Under the pieces are notes generated by a model, which worked only from the letters and a program-made list of their open reading frames with translations, was not told the origin of the DNA and ran no database searches. Shown in pieces: positions 50,450-63,376 of a stretch of 64,000 bases of DNA. The first letter of the stretch is position 1. Each line of letters begins with the position of its first letter. The translations under genes and the position numbers were made by a program. This DNA comes from the human T2T-CHM13v2.0 reference genome, Homo sapiens: assembly GCF_009914755.1 (NCBI RefSeq), contig NC_060938.1; one strand, 5' to 3'.

Positions 50450-50864
50450 TCACGTTATTTTAAATAATACTATAGTTAATATTTCCTTGCATTTAGCTTT
50501 TTTCATAGTTTGAATGCTTACAAGTGAAATAATTGGATCAAGAATATAAATTATTTTTGTGGTTTGTGATAATTATTTCCCAACGGTTATAGTTTTTGGC
50601 CAGCCATCAGTATAAAAAGTTAGGGTAATATAACTTTAGTATTTATACAATAATATCATATTACGTAATTTAAAGAAGTAAGTTTCTTAAGTATTTTCTT
50701 AGCTCCATTGTGAAGGAAGGCTTGAGTTCTTTTTCAGGCTGCCTAAGAAGTTAGGTTCAGTTCAAGTAAAAATTGTTTTTGCATACCCATTGTGTACAAG
50801 GCACCTACTAAGTGCTGCAAAGGATAAGTCCTGTGTGGTTACTACTCTTAAAAAAATTTTAGTC

Positions 50865-51202
<338 letters not shown>

Positions 51203-51334
51203 TTATTTTACAGGTCAAGGACCATAAAAGAAGCCTGAGAGGGAATAGATAGGCTTTGACTGGGTCAGGAAAGTTTTCTTAAAGGTAGTGTTCTTTGAAA
51301 TAGTCAAAGACAAAGTGAAGGATGAATAGTATTT

Positions 51335-52110
51335 TTTTCTTCACCTTTAAGTTCATGGATAAGTGTGCAGGATGTGCAGTTTTGTTACATAGGTAAACGT
51401 GTGGCATGGTGGTTTACAGCACAGATCGTCAGGTATTAAGCCCAGACCTCCACAGGTGTAGAGTGGGTCCACGTGTTCTCATTATTCAGCTCCCACTTAT
51501 AAATGGGAACATGTGATGTTTGGTTTTCTGTTCCTGCATTAGTTTGCTGAGGATAATGGCTTCCAAGTCTATCCATGTCCCTGCAAAGGACATGATCTTG
51601 TTCCTTTTTATGGCTGCATAATATTTCATGGTGTTATGTACCACATTTTCTTTATTCATTCTATCATTGATGGGCATTTAGGCTGATTCCATGACTTTGC
51701 TATTGTAAACAGTGCTGCAATGAGCATACATGTACATGTATCTTTATAATTGAATAATTTATTTTCCTTTGGGTATATACCCAGTAATGGGATTGCTGGG
51801 TCAAATGGTATTTCTGGTTCTAGATCTTTGAGGAATCACCACACTGTCTTCCACAATGGTTGAACTAATTTACAGTCCCATCAACAGTGTAAAAATGTCC
51901 CTTTTCCTCCACAACCTCACCAACATCTGTTCTTCTGTTGTTTTTTGGCTTTTTCATAATAGCCAATGGTATCTCATTGTGGTTTTGATTTGCGTTTCTC
52001 TAATGATCAGTGATGTTGAGCTTTTTTTCCTGTTTGTTGGCCACATAAATGTCTTCTTTTGAGAAGTGTCTGTTCATGTTCTTTGCCCATTTTTAATGGA
52101 GTTGTTTGTA
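51335..52110 (-). mobile_element. Old L1PA 3' end
   Basis: L1 3' UTR and ORF2 end (ORF 51486-51677: YYAAIKRNKIMSFAGTWIDLEAIILSKL). Confidence 0.88.
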
Positions 52111-52747
52111 TATTAATAGTAAACAATGAGGTGAGGAGAGTACACTTGAATAGAGTGTATGTTTTCTGAGCAGAGGGAAAAGAAAAAGTAAAGACAAAGA
52201 TTTTGGAAGGTAAGTAGGTGGAGGTAGGATGCCTGGAGGACAGTGACTTGCTTGGTCGGAGAGAAGAATTAATAGGGAGAATAAAAGGACACTCACATTG
52301 AAAAAATGAAAATGTGCATCAGACTGTTGCAGGCTTTGAATGTATATCTAATTTGATAGAAGAGTCAAATTATTTAGTTGGGAGTTGTATTGGAATATTA
52401 GCTTAATGTTATCAGTGCTTTAGTTTGAAGTGAAAAGAGCCAAATAACTAATGTGTAAGGTTTCGGGCATTTATTTATTCTTGTAAAGGCTCACTGATCT
52501 CATCTGCAAGGCAGAAACAATTGATTCATGTGCCATAGGGTGGTTGTGTTTAAATAGAAGTGCCTGGCATGGCTCCTGGTAAGTAGTGGGTATACTGTAA
52601 CAACTACTGTTAAATTGATTTCATAAGCTATATGCTCTGATGATAAATAAGCAATTCAGATAAGAATACAAAGTCATTTCAATTAGTTCTATTCCTATAA
52701 TAATAAAACTAAATTAGCTTTCATTTTTTCCCCCCTAAGCTCATTGA

Positions 52748-53689
52748 ATGGACAGTCTAAACCAAACAAGAGTGACTGAATTTGTCTTCTTGGGACTCAC
52801 TGATAACCGGGTGCTGGAAATGCTGTTTTTCATGGCATTCTCAGCCATTTATATGCTAACGCTTTCAGGGAACATTCTCATCATCATTGCCACAGTCTTT
52901 ACTCCAAGTCTCCATACCCCCATGTATTTCTTCCTGAGCAATCTGTCCTTTATTGACATCTGCCACTCATCTGTCACTGTGCCTAAGATGTTGGAGGGTT
53001 TGCTTTTAGAAAGAAAGACCATTTCCTTTGACAACTGCATCACACAGCTCTTCTTCCTACATCTCTTTGCCTGTGCCGAGATCTTTCTGCTGATCATTGT
53101 GGCGTATGATCGTTACGTGGCTATCTGCACTCCACTCCACTACCCCAATGTGATGAACATGAGAGTCTGTATACAGCTTGTCTTTGCTCTCTGGTTGGGG
53201 GGTACTGTTCACTCACTAGGGCAGACCTTCTTGACTATTCGTCTACCTTACTGTGGCCCCAACATTATTGACAGCTACTTCTGTGATGTGCCTCTTGTTA
53301 TCAAGCTGGCCTGCACAGATACATACCTCACAGGAATACTGATTGTGACCAATAGTGGAACCATCTCCCTCTCCTGTTTCTTGGCCGTGGTCACCTCCTA
53401 TATGGTCATCCTGGTTTCTCTTCGAAAACACTCAGCTGAAGGGCGCCAGAAAGCCCTGTCTACCTGCTCGGCCCACTTCATGGTGGTTGCCCTCTTCTTT
53501 GGGCCATGTATCTTCATCTATACTCGGCCAGACACCAGCTTCTCCATTGACAAGGTGGTGTCTGTCTTCTACACAGTGGTCACCCCTTTGCTGAATCCCT
53601 TCATTTACACCTTGAGGAATGAGGAGGTAAAAAGTGCCATGAAGCAGCTCAGGCAGAGACAAGTTTTTTTCACGAAATCATATACATAA
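52748..53689 (+). CDS. OR4E2: Olfactory receptor 4E2, 313 aa, intact
   Basis: MDSLNQTRVTEFVFLGL, LHTPMYFFL, VAYDRYVAIC, KALSTCSAH, PLLNPFIYTLRN; acceptor CCCCCTAAG ends at 52739. Confidence 0.96.
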   Translation: MDSLNQTRVTEFVFLGLTDNRVLEMLFFMAFSAIYMLTLSGNILIIIATVFTPSLHTPMYFFLSNLSFIDICHSSVTVPKMLEGLLLERKTISFDNCITQLFFLHLFACAEIFLLIIVAYDRYVAICTPLHYPNVMNMRVCIQLVFALWLGGTVHSLGQTFLTIRLPYCGPNIIDSYFCDVPLVIKLACTDTYLTGILIVTNSGTISLSCFLAVVTSYMVILVSLRKHSAEGRQKALSTCSAHFMVVALFFGPCIFIYTRPDTSFSIDKVVSVFYTVVTPLLNPFIYTLRNEEVKSAMKQLRQRQVFFTKSYT

Positions 53690-53810
53690 TGGGCATTGGG
53701 ATTGCAGACATAATTGCAGCCACATCCTTAATGAAAGAGCAAAAGTAAAGAGTCAAAATCAACTTATATAACTTGGTAAATTAGGTAAAATGGCATAGAG
53801 CAGGTCAGAT

Positions 53811-53882
53811 TTCTGCTCATTAAAGATAAGAACTTATTCTGTTCATTAAAGATAAGAACTTATTAACTATTATTTAAATAAA
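53811..53882 (+). terminator. Candidate OR4E2 polyadenylation signals within and after a 26-bp tandem duplication
   Basis: ATTAAA at 53819 and 53845; AATAAA at 53877. Confidence 0.4.
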
Positions 53883-54364
53883 GCAAAAGATCATAGTGGA
53901 AGTTATAAGGAAAAATAACGTGGGAAAGTTTAAAGACAGCTTTTGATTTCATCAGTAAAAGAATACAATTTGGGGAACTCAGTTCAGTCTCAGTTTCAGG
54001 AGCAGGTAGAGTGAGAATTGACTCTCTTGATTTATACTGTTCTGTGGGCTATTGCCTCTGGGAAGCTATACATCACTCCTGTGATTTATACATTATAGTA
54101 GTTTCAATCTTGTTTTCCAATATATTTTCAAGTGTATAAATAAGCCTTTACTTATTTATATTGAATTAAACTTTTGTTGCTTTTGAATGTAATTCTCTCA
54201 TGTCTAGATCTATTTTGTACTTTTTTTTTGAGACAGGAATTTTTTGTACTATTCCTGCAACTTCCTGTAAGTCTGAAATTATTGTCAAAATAAAAAGTTA
54301 AAACAAAACAAAACTATACACCCACAAGAATAGTAAAAATTAAAAAGGTAGAAAATACCAAGTG

Positions 54365-54612
54365 GTTTTTTTTTTTTTTTTCCTAATTACTCTGTCGCCC
54401 AGGCTGGAGTGCAGTGGCGCCATCTTAGCTCACTGCAACTTCCACCTCCAGGTTTAAGTGATTCTCCTGCCTCAGCCTCCTGAATAGCTGGGACTATAGG
54501 TGCATGCCATCATGCCTGGCTAATTTTTATATGTTTAGTAGAGATGAGGTTTTACCACGTTGGCCAGGCTGGTCTCAAAACTCCTGAGTTCAAGCCACCT
54601 GCCCCTCTCAGC
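54365..54612 (-). mobile_element. AluS SINE, 5'-truncated
   Basis: Reverse-complement Alu body. Confidence 0.85.
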
Positions 54613-56499
54613 TAATCATTAACTACTATCACTCATTGGGCTGAAGTATATCAGTTTATTGTGGAATGGGCAAGTCCATATGAAGAGGGATCCATGACAA
54701 ATTTCTTAGGTAATGATGATGATATTCTGTGACTGAAATAAGTAGGATTAGCTGTAAATGAAGATCCTATAGATGGTCAGAGAGCTACCATACAATATCA
54801 ACTTTAATGGAGCTGATGGAATGAAATGAAATATGGTTAATAATAAAAATATTAAGTATAAATATGTTTCTTTGCTTATTCTGAAAAAAATTTATAATTG
54901 ATTGGGGTCTTTGTCACTATTTTCCACATGGTCTGTCAACTTATAGAAATAATACTTGAGTATTCTGGAGAACTGGAGAGCAGACAACATAGCCATCCAC
55001 ACATTACAGACATACACAATACAGAGTGAGTGACCCACTAACTCTAACTAAAGAGTAATACATGATTACCTTTTAGTAATCAAAAGGACAAAGAATCAGA
55101 AGCAGTCTATTCATTAAACTGAGAGATGCTCATGAAAATATCTAAATATCATTACTTCAAGTTGACAAACAAGGGTAGAAAATGGTCAGTCCCCTATAAT
55201 TCTCATATAAAACTTGAGTCATAGTAAGAGTTTTAGATATCTATGATGAAATGAAGTCCAGATATCACTACTATGTACATGTTAAAAACTTAGAAAAATG
55301 ATCTAATTATGCCTCTAGTTTCTGGACTTTTATGTGCATAAGTATTCATACTCATTAATATCTTTTATGCAGAAATAAATTCCCACTGTCTTATTTGTTT
55401 ATTTGTATTATGGCACTATTCATTATTTTACCGTATAGAACATGGTTGTAACCTGAAGAATTCAATTGTTGAATACAAAGTTGCTGAGCAGATTTCTATA
55501 TTAATAAATAATGATTCCTCTCTCCTGTTAAAGTAAGTAAACCACAGAGCCAAGCATCAAGATCTTTTATTTTTGTTCTTTAAGACTCTCTATTTATTTA
55601 GTGAGTAATTAAATACATTTTTATCTTGTCTCTGAGTCTGAAAAGCTTTTTTCTGTAAAACGGAGACAAAATGTTTTATTTTTACGTCCCCAGAGAGTTG
55701 AAAAATTAGTGTGACTAAAAACGGGTAGTGTCAGAAATTTTGCTTGCTGCTATGAAAAAAATAAGCAAACATCACAACGTTGTTCCGTTATAGTTTTACC
55801 AGCTACAATCTTAATGGCTACGTTGAAGCATTGTGTTGTTGACAGACAATATGACAATTTTGCACGTGTTCCTCTGTATGGCTGATTCCTGCACAAGCAG
55901 TTCCATTTGGGCTCATTGGAAAGATATTTAGATATTTCTCCTTATTGTCTGCCATTGCCTATAATAAAAGGGCATTTATTTTACATAAATTTTATAATTC
56001 TTGTGTCACTTGAATATCCTTCCTAACACATTTCCTAGCAAATAAAAATTTTCCTCCTAAAAATCATGATGTAGACCTTGTGGCTCACAGGTTTATTGAT
56101 CATACACTCACTGAGTGCCTAGGAAATCCCAGCTGCATTTAAGCATGCCTTTTTAGCGATGATGTGAGAACAAACTGATGATTTCCAATGTGTCATGCTC
56201 TTTTGTAAACATGAATATGAGATGCCGTTATCTGGGATATCCTCTTCATATCCCAGTTGATTCACCACATTCCATTCTGCTACACTATGTGCCGCCACAG
56301 TGAGATTTAAGATGTTGGTTTATAGACAATGGTTTATCCAACTTGGTGTTTTCTACCAAGTTTCTACCAAGTTGTTTTCTAAGTATTTATGACTAAGTAC
56401 TTAACAGTCATCCATTGCTCTAAGAACAATATTGGATGCTGTTGCTTAGTTGAGTGAATTCTCTACATAATAACTAAAATAATTTTATTAAAACATAAA

Positions 56500-57030
56500 T
56501 TATTTCATGCCACACCTGTGCTTAAATCATTCTGGTGGCTTCTTATTGTACTGGAAAAGATTCTAAACTTCTTGAGAGAATATGGAAAGATTCTTTTTAG
56601 CTCTCTGATATCACTCTCTTGCCACTCTCTGCCTTATAGTCTAAGCTGTAATCACACTGATCATTTACTTCCTTGAACAAGCCAAGGTCTTTCCCAGCAT
56701 AGATCTTTGCACCGGCCATTTCCCCTGTCTAGAATGTCCATCACCTCTCTTATGGCTGGCTCCTTTTAATCTTAAATGTAACTTCCTCAGAGAGGCCATC
56801 CTTGACCACTAAAGCAAGTCTCTTCCATACTCTCTAACAGCACCCTGCTGTTTTATAGCATTTATCACAATCTGTAGTTAAAATTTATTTGTTCATATTT
56901 TTGTTTTCTATTTTCACTAGACCCTAAACTCCATGAAGGAAGGACTACATGTATGTCTTATTTATGGCTATAAACCTAGTATCTGGTACATAATAAGTGC
57001 TCAGTAAATATTTGTCAAATGAATGAATAG
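56500..57030. mobile_element. L2 fragment
   Basis: TCCTCAGAGAGGCCATCCTTGACCAC...CTCAGTAAATATTTGTCAAATGAATGAAT. Confidence 0.75.
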
Positions 57031-57651
57031 TAAGATATCCCCATTTCATTGCTCTGATGGCAGATTTTGCCTGGATACTTGAGAGTGTCAGTAACTTCAC
57101 CTGTTCAAAGTCTTCTTTCTCTGTCACCAAAGTCATGTGGAAACTCACTTTATCTGCTTCACTAGTGTTTGCTAAGCTGTTTACATAAGCATCTGAGTGA
57201 ATGATGCAGGCAAGGGCTGCCCAGAAATCTGAAGGTTTGTTTAGACCTTGGTTATCACTCCAACAGAAAAGCAGAAAGAGGCAGCATATGTCGTGAAAAG
57301 AGCTTGAGTTTCTGTTGATCCACTTGGATTCACATGCTGCCTTCATTGTTTTCTAGCTGAGTGACTTTGGGCATGTTATTTACTCTCCTCGAGCTTTAGT
57401 TTCTTCATGTACAAACAAGCATCATAATATCTACCTTTCAAAGTTGTGAGAATTAAGTAAATGCACAGTGCCTAGAATAATTTCCAGCACAGAGAAGATA
57501 TTAATAACCATAACGATTGCTATGACTGTCAGATATTGGACCAAGGATAGTTTTATAAGTCACATAGTCTGATAAATATGGTATGTAACTTATTCTTTGC
57601 AAGGCGCTTCTTTAATTTGGAGCACCACGTATCCTAAGGACGTAGACATTT

Positions 57652-58601
57652 TCATTTTTCTTCTTTTCTCTCTTTTCTCCCCACTAACTTGTTTAAGGCA
57701 CTCTTCATTTCTTCATTCCTAAGGGTATAGATAATGGGGTTCAGCAGGGGGGTGACTGCAGTGAAAAACACAGATACTGCCTTGTCCTCTGGGAGGCTGG
57801 TGGATGGGCGGGAATAGATGAAGATGCAGTGTCCCAGGAACAGTGTAACTACAGTGAGATGGGCTGCACAGGTGGACAGGGCCTTCCACTTGCCCTTGGA
57901 GATCTGCTGCCTCAGACTCACCAGGATGACTGCGTAGGACACCACCAGGACCACAAAACAGACCACGGAGATCAATCCACTGTTGGAGACAATGAGGATC
58001 TCAAGGACGTGGGTGTGTCAATGCAGGCCAGCTTGATCACCTGAGGTACATCACAGAAGAAGTTGTCAATCTCATCAGGACCACAGTAGGGCAGCTTGAT
58101 GGTAAGGGAGGTGAGGGCTATGGAGTGGATGGTCCCTCCTGTCCAGAGGGCCACAGCCAGCAGCACACATACCTTCCAGTTCATCACTATCATGTACTGC
58201 AGGGGTTTACAGATGGCCACATACCGATCATAGGCCATGACGGTGAGGAGGAAGATCTCTGTGCAGGCAAAGAGGTGCAGGAAGAACATCTGGGTCACAC
58301 AGGCATCAAAAGAGATGAGCTTTTCCTCTGACCACACGTCTCTCAGCATCTTGGGGACAGTGACAGTGGAGTGGCAGACATCAATAAAGGACAGGTTGCT
58401 GAGGAAGAAATACATGGGAGTATGGAGCCGGTGGTCATAGATAATAGTTATGACAATGAGAACATTCCCAATCAGTGTCAGGACATAAAAAATGAGGAAC
58501 ATGGAAAACATAGCTATCCGTGCCTTATGATTTACAGATAAACCTCTAAGCCGAAAATATGTCACTAAAGAAGTTTGATTGAGTAGGATGGCCTCTTCCA
58601 T
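57652..58601 (-). pseudogene. OR4E1: Olfactory receptor 4E1, frameshifted allele (+2 bp); the intact form would be 315 aa
   Basis: N-terminal ORF 58601-57972 and C-terminal ORF ending 57652 are in different frames; span is 950 bp; (GT)3 at 58013-58018, where (GT)2 restores ...CIDTHVLEILIVSNSG... matching OR4E2 CTDTYLTGILIVTNSG; acceptor TTTACAG ends at 58619. Confidence 0.93.
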
Positions 58602-59529
58602 TCTCTTTGTTAGACAACCTGTAAAGAATTAGAAAAAAAGTCTAATATAACACAGTATCTGCATCAATCATTTGGTCATTTAATTTCTTGTGTGTTTATG
58701 CCTTTTCTCTCCATCTAGAATTTATGGTAAAATATCTTGCATTTCTTTTAAAAATCCCCATTAACATCTTACATGATGATACACCCATAGTAGGTACTTA
58801 ACATACACTTTTGGAATAATAAAATAGAGAATCTTCATTCATTAAGAGATATAAAACAATCTTGAAGAGGGAGAGAGAGAGGGAAAGACCAAACAAGTTA
58901 TTTCTCCATTAATGTAGTAGGATATCAATGTTTAGATTTAGGTTATGGATTTTTACAGGAGAAGAAGTTAAGATTCTCTTTAACTCAAATACATAATTTG
59001 TTCAAGGCTACACAAATATGGTCCCTGAACATAGCTTTTTTTTTTAATAGTCCTGCAGACTGCACTTTTCATCAACCCAAACCACTTGCTCAGCTGTTGG
59101 CTTTGCCATGGGGCTCTGAGACTGTAATTTCCATGACATAACTTTCAGAGGGCAGAAGCTTTGTACCAAGCTACTGGACAATTGGCAACGTGGCTGTGAT
59201 GTTCTTGAACAATTGTTTAGAGAAGGCAGGATAAAACCCTGGAAGCCTTGGAAAATGTGGAAGTTGACCTCTCCTCCACCCCTCAGCTGAGGGCAGACTT
59301 ATTCTTAAACTGGGAGTCAAGATCCAAGCCTAATAACATTACTGTCTTGATTAGATCACTCTAGCTCTTTTCAAAGTCCCGTTCTGTTGTCTTACTGGCC
59401 CACAAGTGAAATAAAAATAGTTATTTTCTTTTAAATTAGCCTATGACTCAAGCACCACTATTTTTTAAAATAACGAGTATATGCATTATAGTCACAGGAT
59501 TTTAGCCCTTAAAGGGACTTGAGAGTTGA

Positions 59530-59680
59530 CATAATCTATTTTTTTTTCATTTTACAAATAGAGAAAATGAGGCACAGAGAGTCAAATCAACTGGTCCAAG
59601 GTTACACGGAACTGGAGTCACAGCTGGGTCTAGAGCTCAGGTCTCCCGACTCTTGGTTCAGGCTTCGTCCGCTCTACCAC
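59530..59680 (-). mobile_element. MIR SINE
   Basis: CATTTTACAAATAGAGAAAATGAGGCACAGAGAG...CCAAGGTTACAC. Confidence 0.75.
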
Positions 59681-61073
59681 CACTCTCATCTGAATTTTTG
59701 TGGTAGTTGGTAGAATCAGGGAGTGAAGCAGAATATGTCTTAGTGGCCTCTCTCTTCCTCTCCTTGGTGTCCTGAGTCAGATTGTGGGGCAGGGTTAGGG
59801 GGACTATGAGGAATCTCTCTTTTCTAGCTTTCCTCCTTCATGCTGCTGCCCTGACACACACAGCCTTCCAGGGGTGGCCCACCCAAGGAAGCTGTCTCTC
59901 TTGGTTGCTTGGGCCCCATGATCCTTGCTACTTCCTTCCTATCACAAGTGACTACTGGAGATTTATATCATCCCTCAAGATCAGGCTCCCTGGCAGACTA
60001 ATGAGTCAACCCCACACTGCTTGTGAAATGTGGCAAAGAAGATATTTTTGGGGCCAGAGAAGTCCTTCAGTTAACACTTAAAAATTAAACTCACTGTGTC
60101 CAGTGTTTGGATTAATATTTACAGCAGCATCTAAATGTAGCTATTGATTGATTTTACTGTTTAGAAATTTTTCTTCGAGTATTCGTTTGAAGCTTTTGCT
60201 CCAAGAAGTGATTTTAAGTGTTACTGATTTACACTTGTTTTCATGGTCGCAAAATTCAAAGCCGAAGAGCTGACCCAAGAATGGGGCTAGGATTTTATTC
60301 AGTATGGGAAATTTCACCTGCACAGACTGAAGAGGGTGTGCAGACCAAGAACTAGGTCTGAAATGAAGGCTTCTGTTCTCCCCTCATAGAATATGGATAT
60401 ACATTTTAAACTAAACTTTTTCCATAATTATCATTTTTTTCTATTTCTGTGGAGCCACAGGAAAAAAATGCTTTGGAAAATGGAGATGTGTTCAACTGCA
60501 GTAGAAAGAATATGGTGCACAAGAAGAAAACCTAGTGTTTTTTGCATACATTTCAAGGAAATGGGGAAAGATGATTAAGAACAGATATAAAATCCAACTA
60601 AAATATCTATAAAAGTCACCTGGGTTGTTTCTGATGCTCTTAGTACCTCCAAAAGTAACAGAAGTGTCAGTCCTGCACTTTCAATATCAAGACTTTTATC
60701 TTCCAGTAGAAATAACAACTTATTTGAAGTTGGACTAGTCAGATAACCCCATTTACCTTGCTTTCTCCAATAAGAAAGGTGAGAGCCCTTGAAGTTCTCT
60801 CCTTAGGTCTTGTTCACAGTTTTGGTGATGTCACAGTAGATGTATTTGGCGATATTTTCTGGTAAAAGGTACTATTTCAGGCTGTCTGTAAAAATCACAC
60901 CTTTGTAGCTATATTATTATCATATTTTTCAATATGTCAAAATATGTAATTCTGCACCAAGATTTTCTAGGATTGGTTTCCAGTTAACAGAAAATGTAGT
61001 ACAGAAATAATATATATGTTTTCACTTTTCCAGATTGTAGTGGTGAGTAGAGGAGATTAAAAGCCACAGTCAA

Positions 61074-61286
61074 GCCCGGGCAACATGGCGAAACCCCGTC
61101 TCTACAAAAAATACAAAAAATTAGCTGGGCATGTTGGCTTATACCTGTGGTTCCAGCTGCTCAGGAGGCTGAGGCAGGAGGATTTCTTGAACCCAGGAGG
61201 TCAAGGCTGCAGTGAGCCGTGATTTTACCACTGCACTCCATCCTGAGCAACACAACGACCCTGTCCAAAAAAAAAAAAAAAAAAAA
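61074..61286 (+). mobile_element. AluJ SINE, 5'-truncated
   Basis: Starts mid left arm; poly-A tail. Confidence 0.85.
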
Positions 61287-61824
61287 GAGTCAGCCACTTT
61301 TGCAGGCCCTTCAGGTTTATTAGGACACTTCTAACACAAAACTTGATCTAATTATTCAGAAAACCAGTGCGGCAGAAGCATCCTATTTCCTTTGCAGCAC
61401 ACTGTTTAGGTGCAAGTTTTGTATTGCCAGTTTCAGGTGGATTATTCCACCTTCAAGTACTGAAGGGGAATCTGTAGAGAAAGAAGCGCTGGCAGCTGTA
61501 GTGTTGGTGTTGTTCTACCTACATTATGTAGGCTTTATGTCCTTGGGAACTTTTAAGCAATGACATCAGCTTGCCCTACTCACTAGTTAAGAAAAGTTAA
61601 TTCTGTGGGGAATGAAGTTACAGACTTTGCAATAATCACCAAGAGAATTAAATGAGAAAAGCAGTACTTAAATACCTAAATCTTTAGGATGTATTTATAT
61701 ATGGTTAGATTAACTACTATTTAGTGATTGCCTACTATGTGCTAAGTATTAGGTAATAGGCTTTCATGTTTTCTTATTTAACTCATATAAAAATACAGAG
61801 ATGAGAGAAGGGTAATGAAGTTAA

Positions 61825-62124
<300 letters not shown>

Positions 62125-62944
62125 GAGGTTAAGATTTTAGTCAGCTTTCTGACAGAGAGATTAAGTGCTTTGACTCTAGAGCAGATTGGGTGCAAATTCC
62201 AATGTCCTACACGTGCTAATTGGAGCAAGTTATTTAGCTTCTCTGGTCCTTAGATTTCCCATCCGTAAGCATGAATAGTAATAGTAAAACTTTTTAGAAC
62301 TCTTGAAATATTTGTAAAGCATGTAGCTCTTAGCATATTAATATAATTATGTTAAATGCAATTCAAACAAACAAAAAAACAGCCGACCATCACTACCAGT
62401 CAACATTTTTGGCTTCATTTTTTCATTATTTTGGATAACAGTGAAAATTTAGAACCTCTTGTTCCAATTTTCTTTTTGCTTTCTCTCTTTAGATAGATGA
62501 GCTTGGTGGTTTAAATTGGTGAAACAAGACTCCAAAGGAGAGGTATGAAGATTATACTTTCAGTTTGAATTTCAAGACTGAATAGTTTTGTGGGATGGTT
62601 AGGATATCTTAAATAAAGGGTATGGAGCATAAAATAAATCTTATAGCCAACTCTCCATGTGACAGTGAGTAGAAGAGAAGATGGTAATAAGAGTGAACAT
62701 ATCAGAAGTTACAGAAAATGCTTTCTCCTAAGGCCTTGTGGCTTGGGCTTCTTTTCCCTAGTTTTCTTGTTTGATTCATTATCACTGATCAAAGTCCAGA
62801 CTTGGCTGTAATGAAGAAGGTGTAGCTTCCAGAACTTTACAGATATTGCCACTTGGTCACTGTGGGACTTCTATTGTCATTGTAATAGCCTTGGAAATCA
62901 GGGGACACATTAAGAACAGGGATATGCTGGCCATACTAATTATC

Positions 62945-63374
62945 TGTTAAAACAAATGAAATATGGCCTGAGAAGGACTCTGTACTTGAGTCCTTGTGGA
63001 TGACCTGTAACCTAGCTTAATAGGCAGACAAGATTGAAAACCTAACTTGGGAGTATGCACCTGTAACAGTAGCTGAGTTTTGGCCAATCCCAGCAGCCAT
63101 ACTTCAACCACTCATAGTCTGCTAAGTGTTCAAACTGTGTTCAAATAAGGCAAATGTCAACCTGGTGCACCAATCCAGCTGTTTCTATACCTCACTTCTG
63201 ATTTCTGTACTTCATTTCCCCTTTTCTTTTGTCTGTAAATCTTCTTCCACCATGTGGCTGTGCTGGAGTCTCTCTGAATCTTGCTGTGATTCTGGGGGCT
63301 GCCTGATTTGCGAATGATACTTTGCTCAATTAAACTTCTTTAAATTTAATTTGGCTGAAGCTTTTCTTTTAACA
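62945..63374 (+). mobile_element. ERV1 5' LTR, MER57(B)-like
   Basis: TGTTAA...TTAACA termini; AATATGGCCTGAGAAGGACTC start; CCAAT at 63084; ATTAAA near the 3' end; directly followed by a PBS. Confidence 0.8.
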
Positions 63375-63376
63375 AA

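Noticed and set aside
56296-56334. Cryptic 23-RSS: CACAGTG, 23 nt, ACAATGGTT
   Set aside because: Nonamer matches only 4/9 and there is no V exon upstream; expected by chance
60300-60860. Possible OR4E1 5' non-coding exons (minus-strand donors CAG|GTGAAA at about 60316 and AAG|GTAAAT at about 60756)
   Set aside because: Plausible, but donors are moderate and I cannot fix exon boundaries or a promoter from sequence alone
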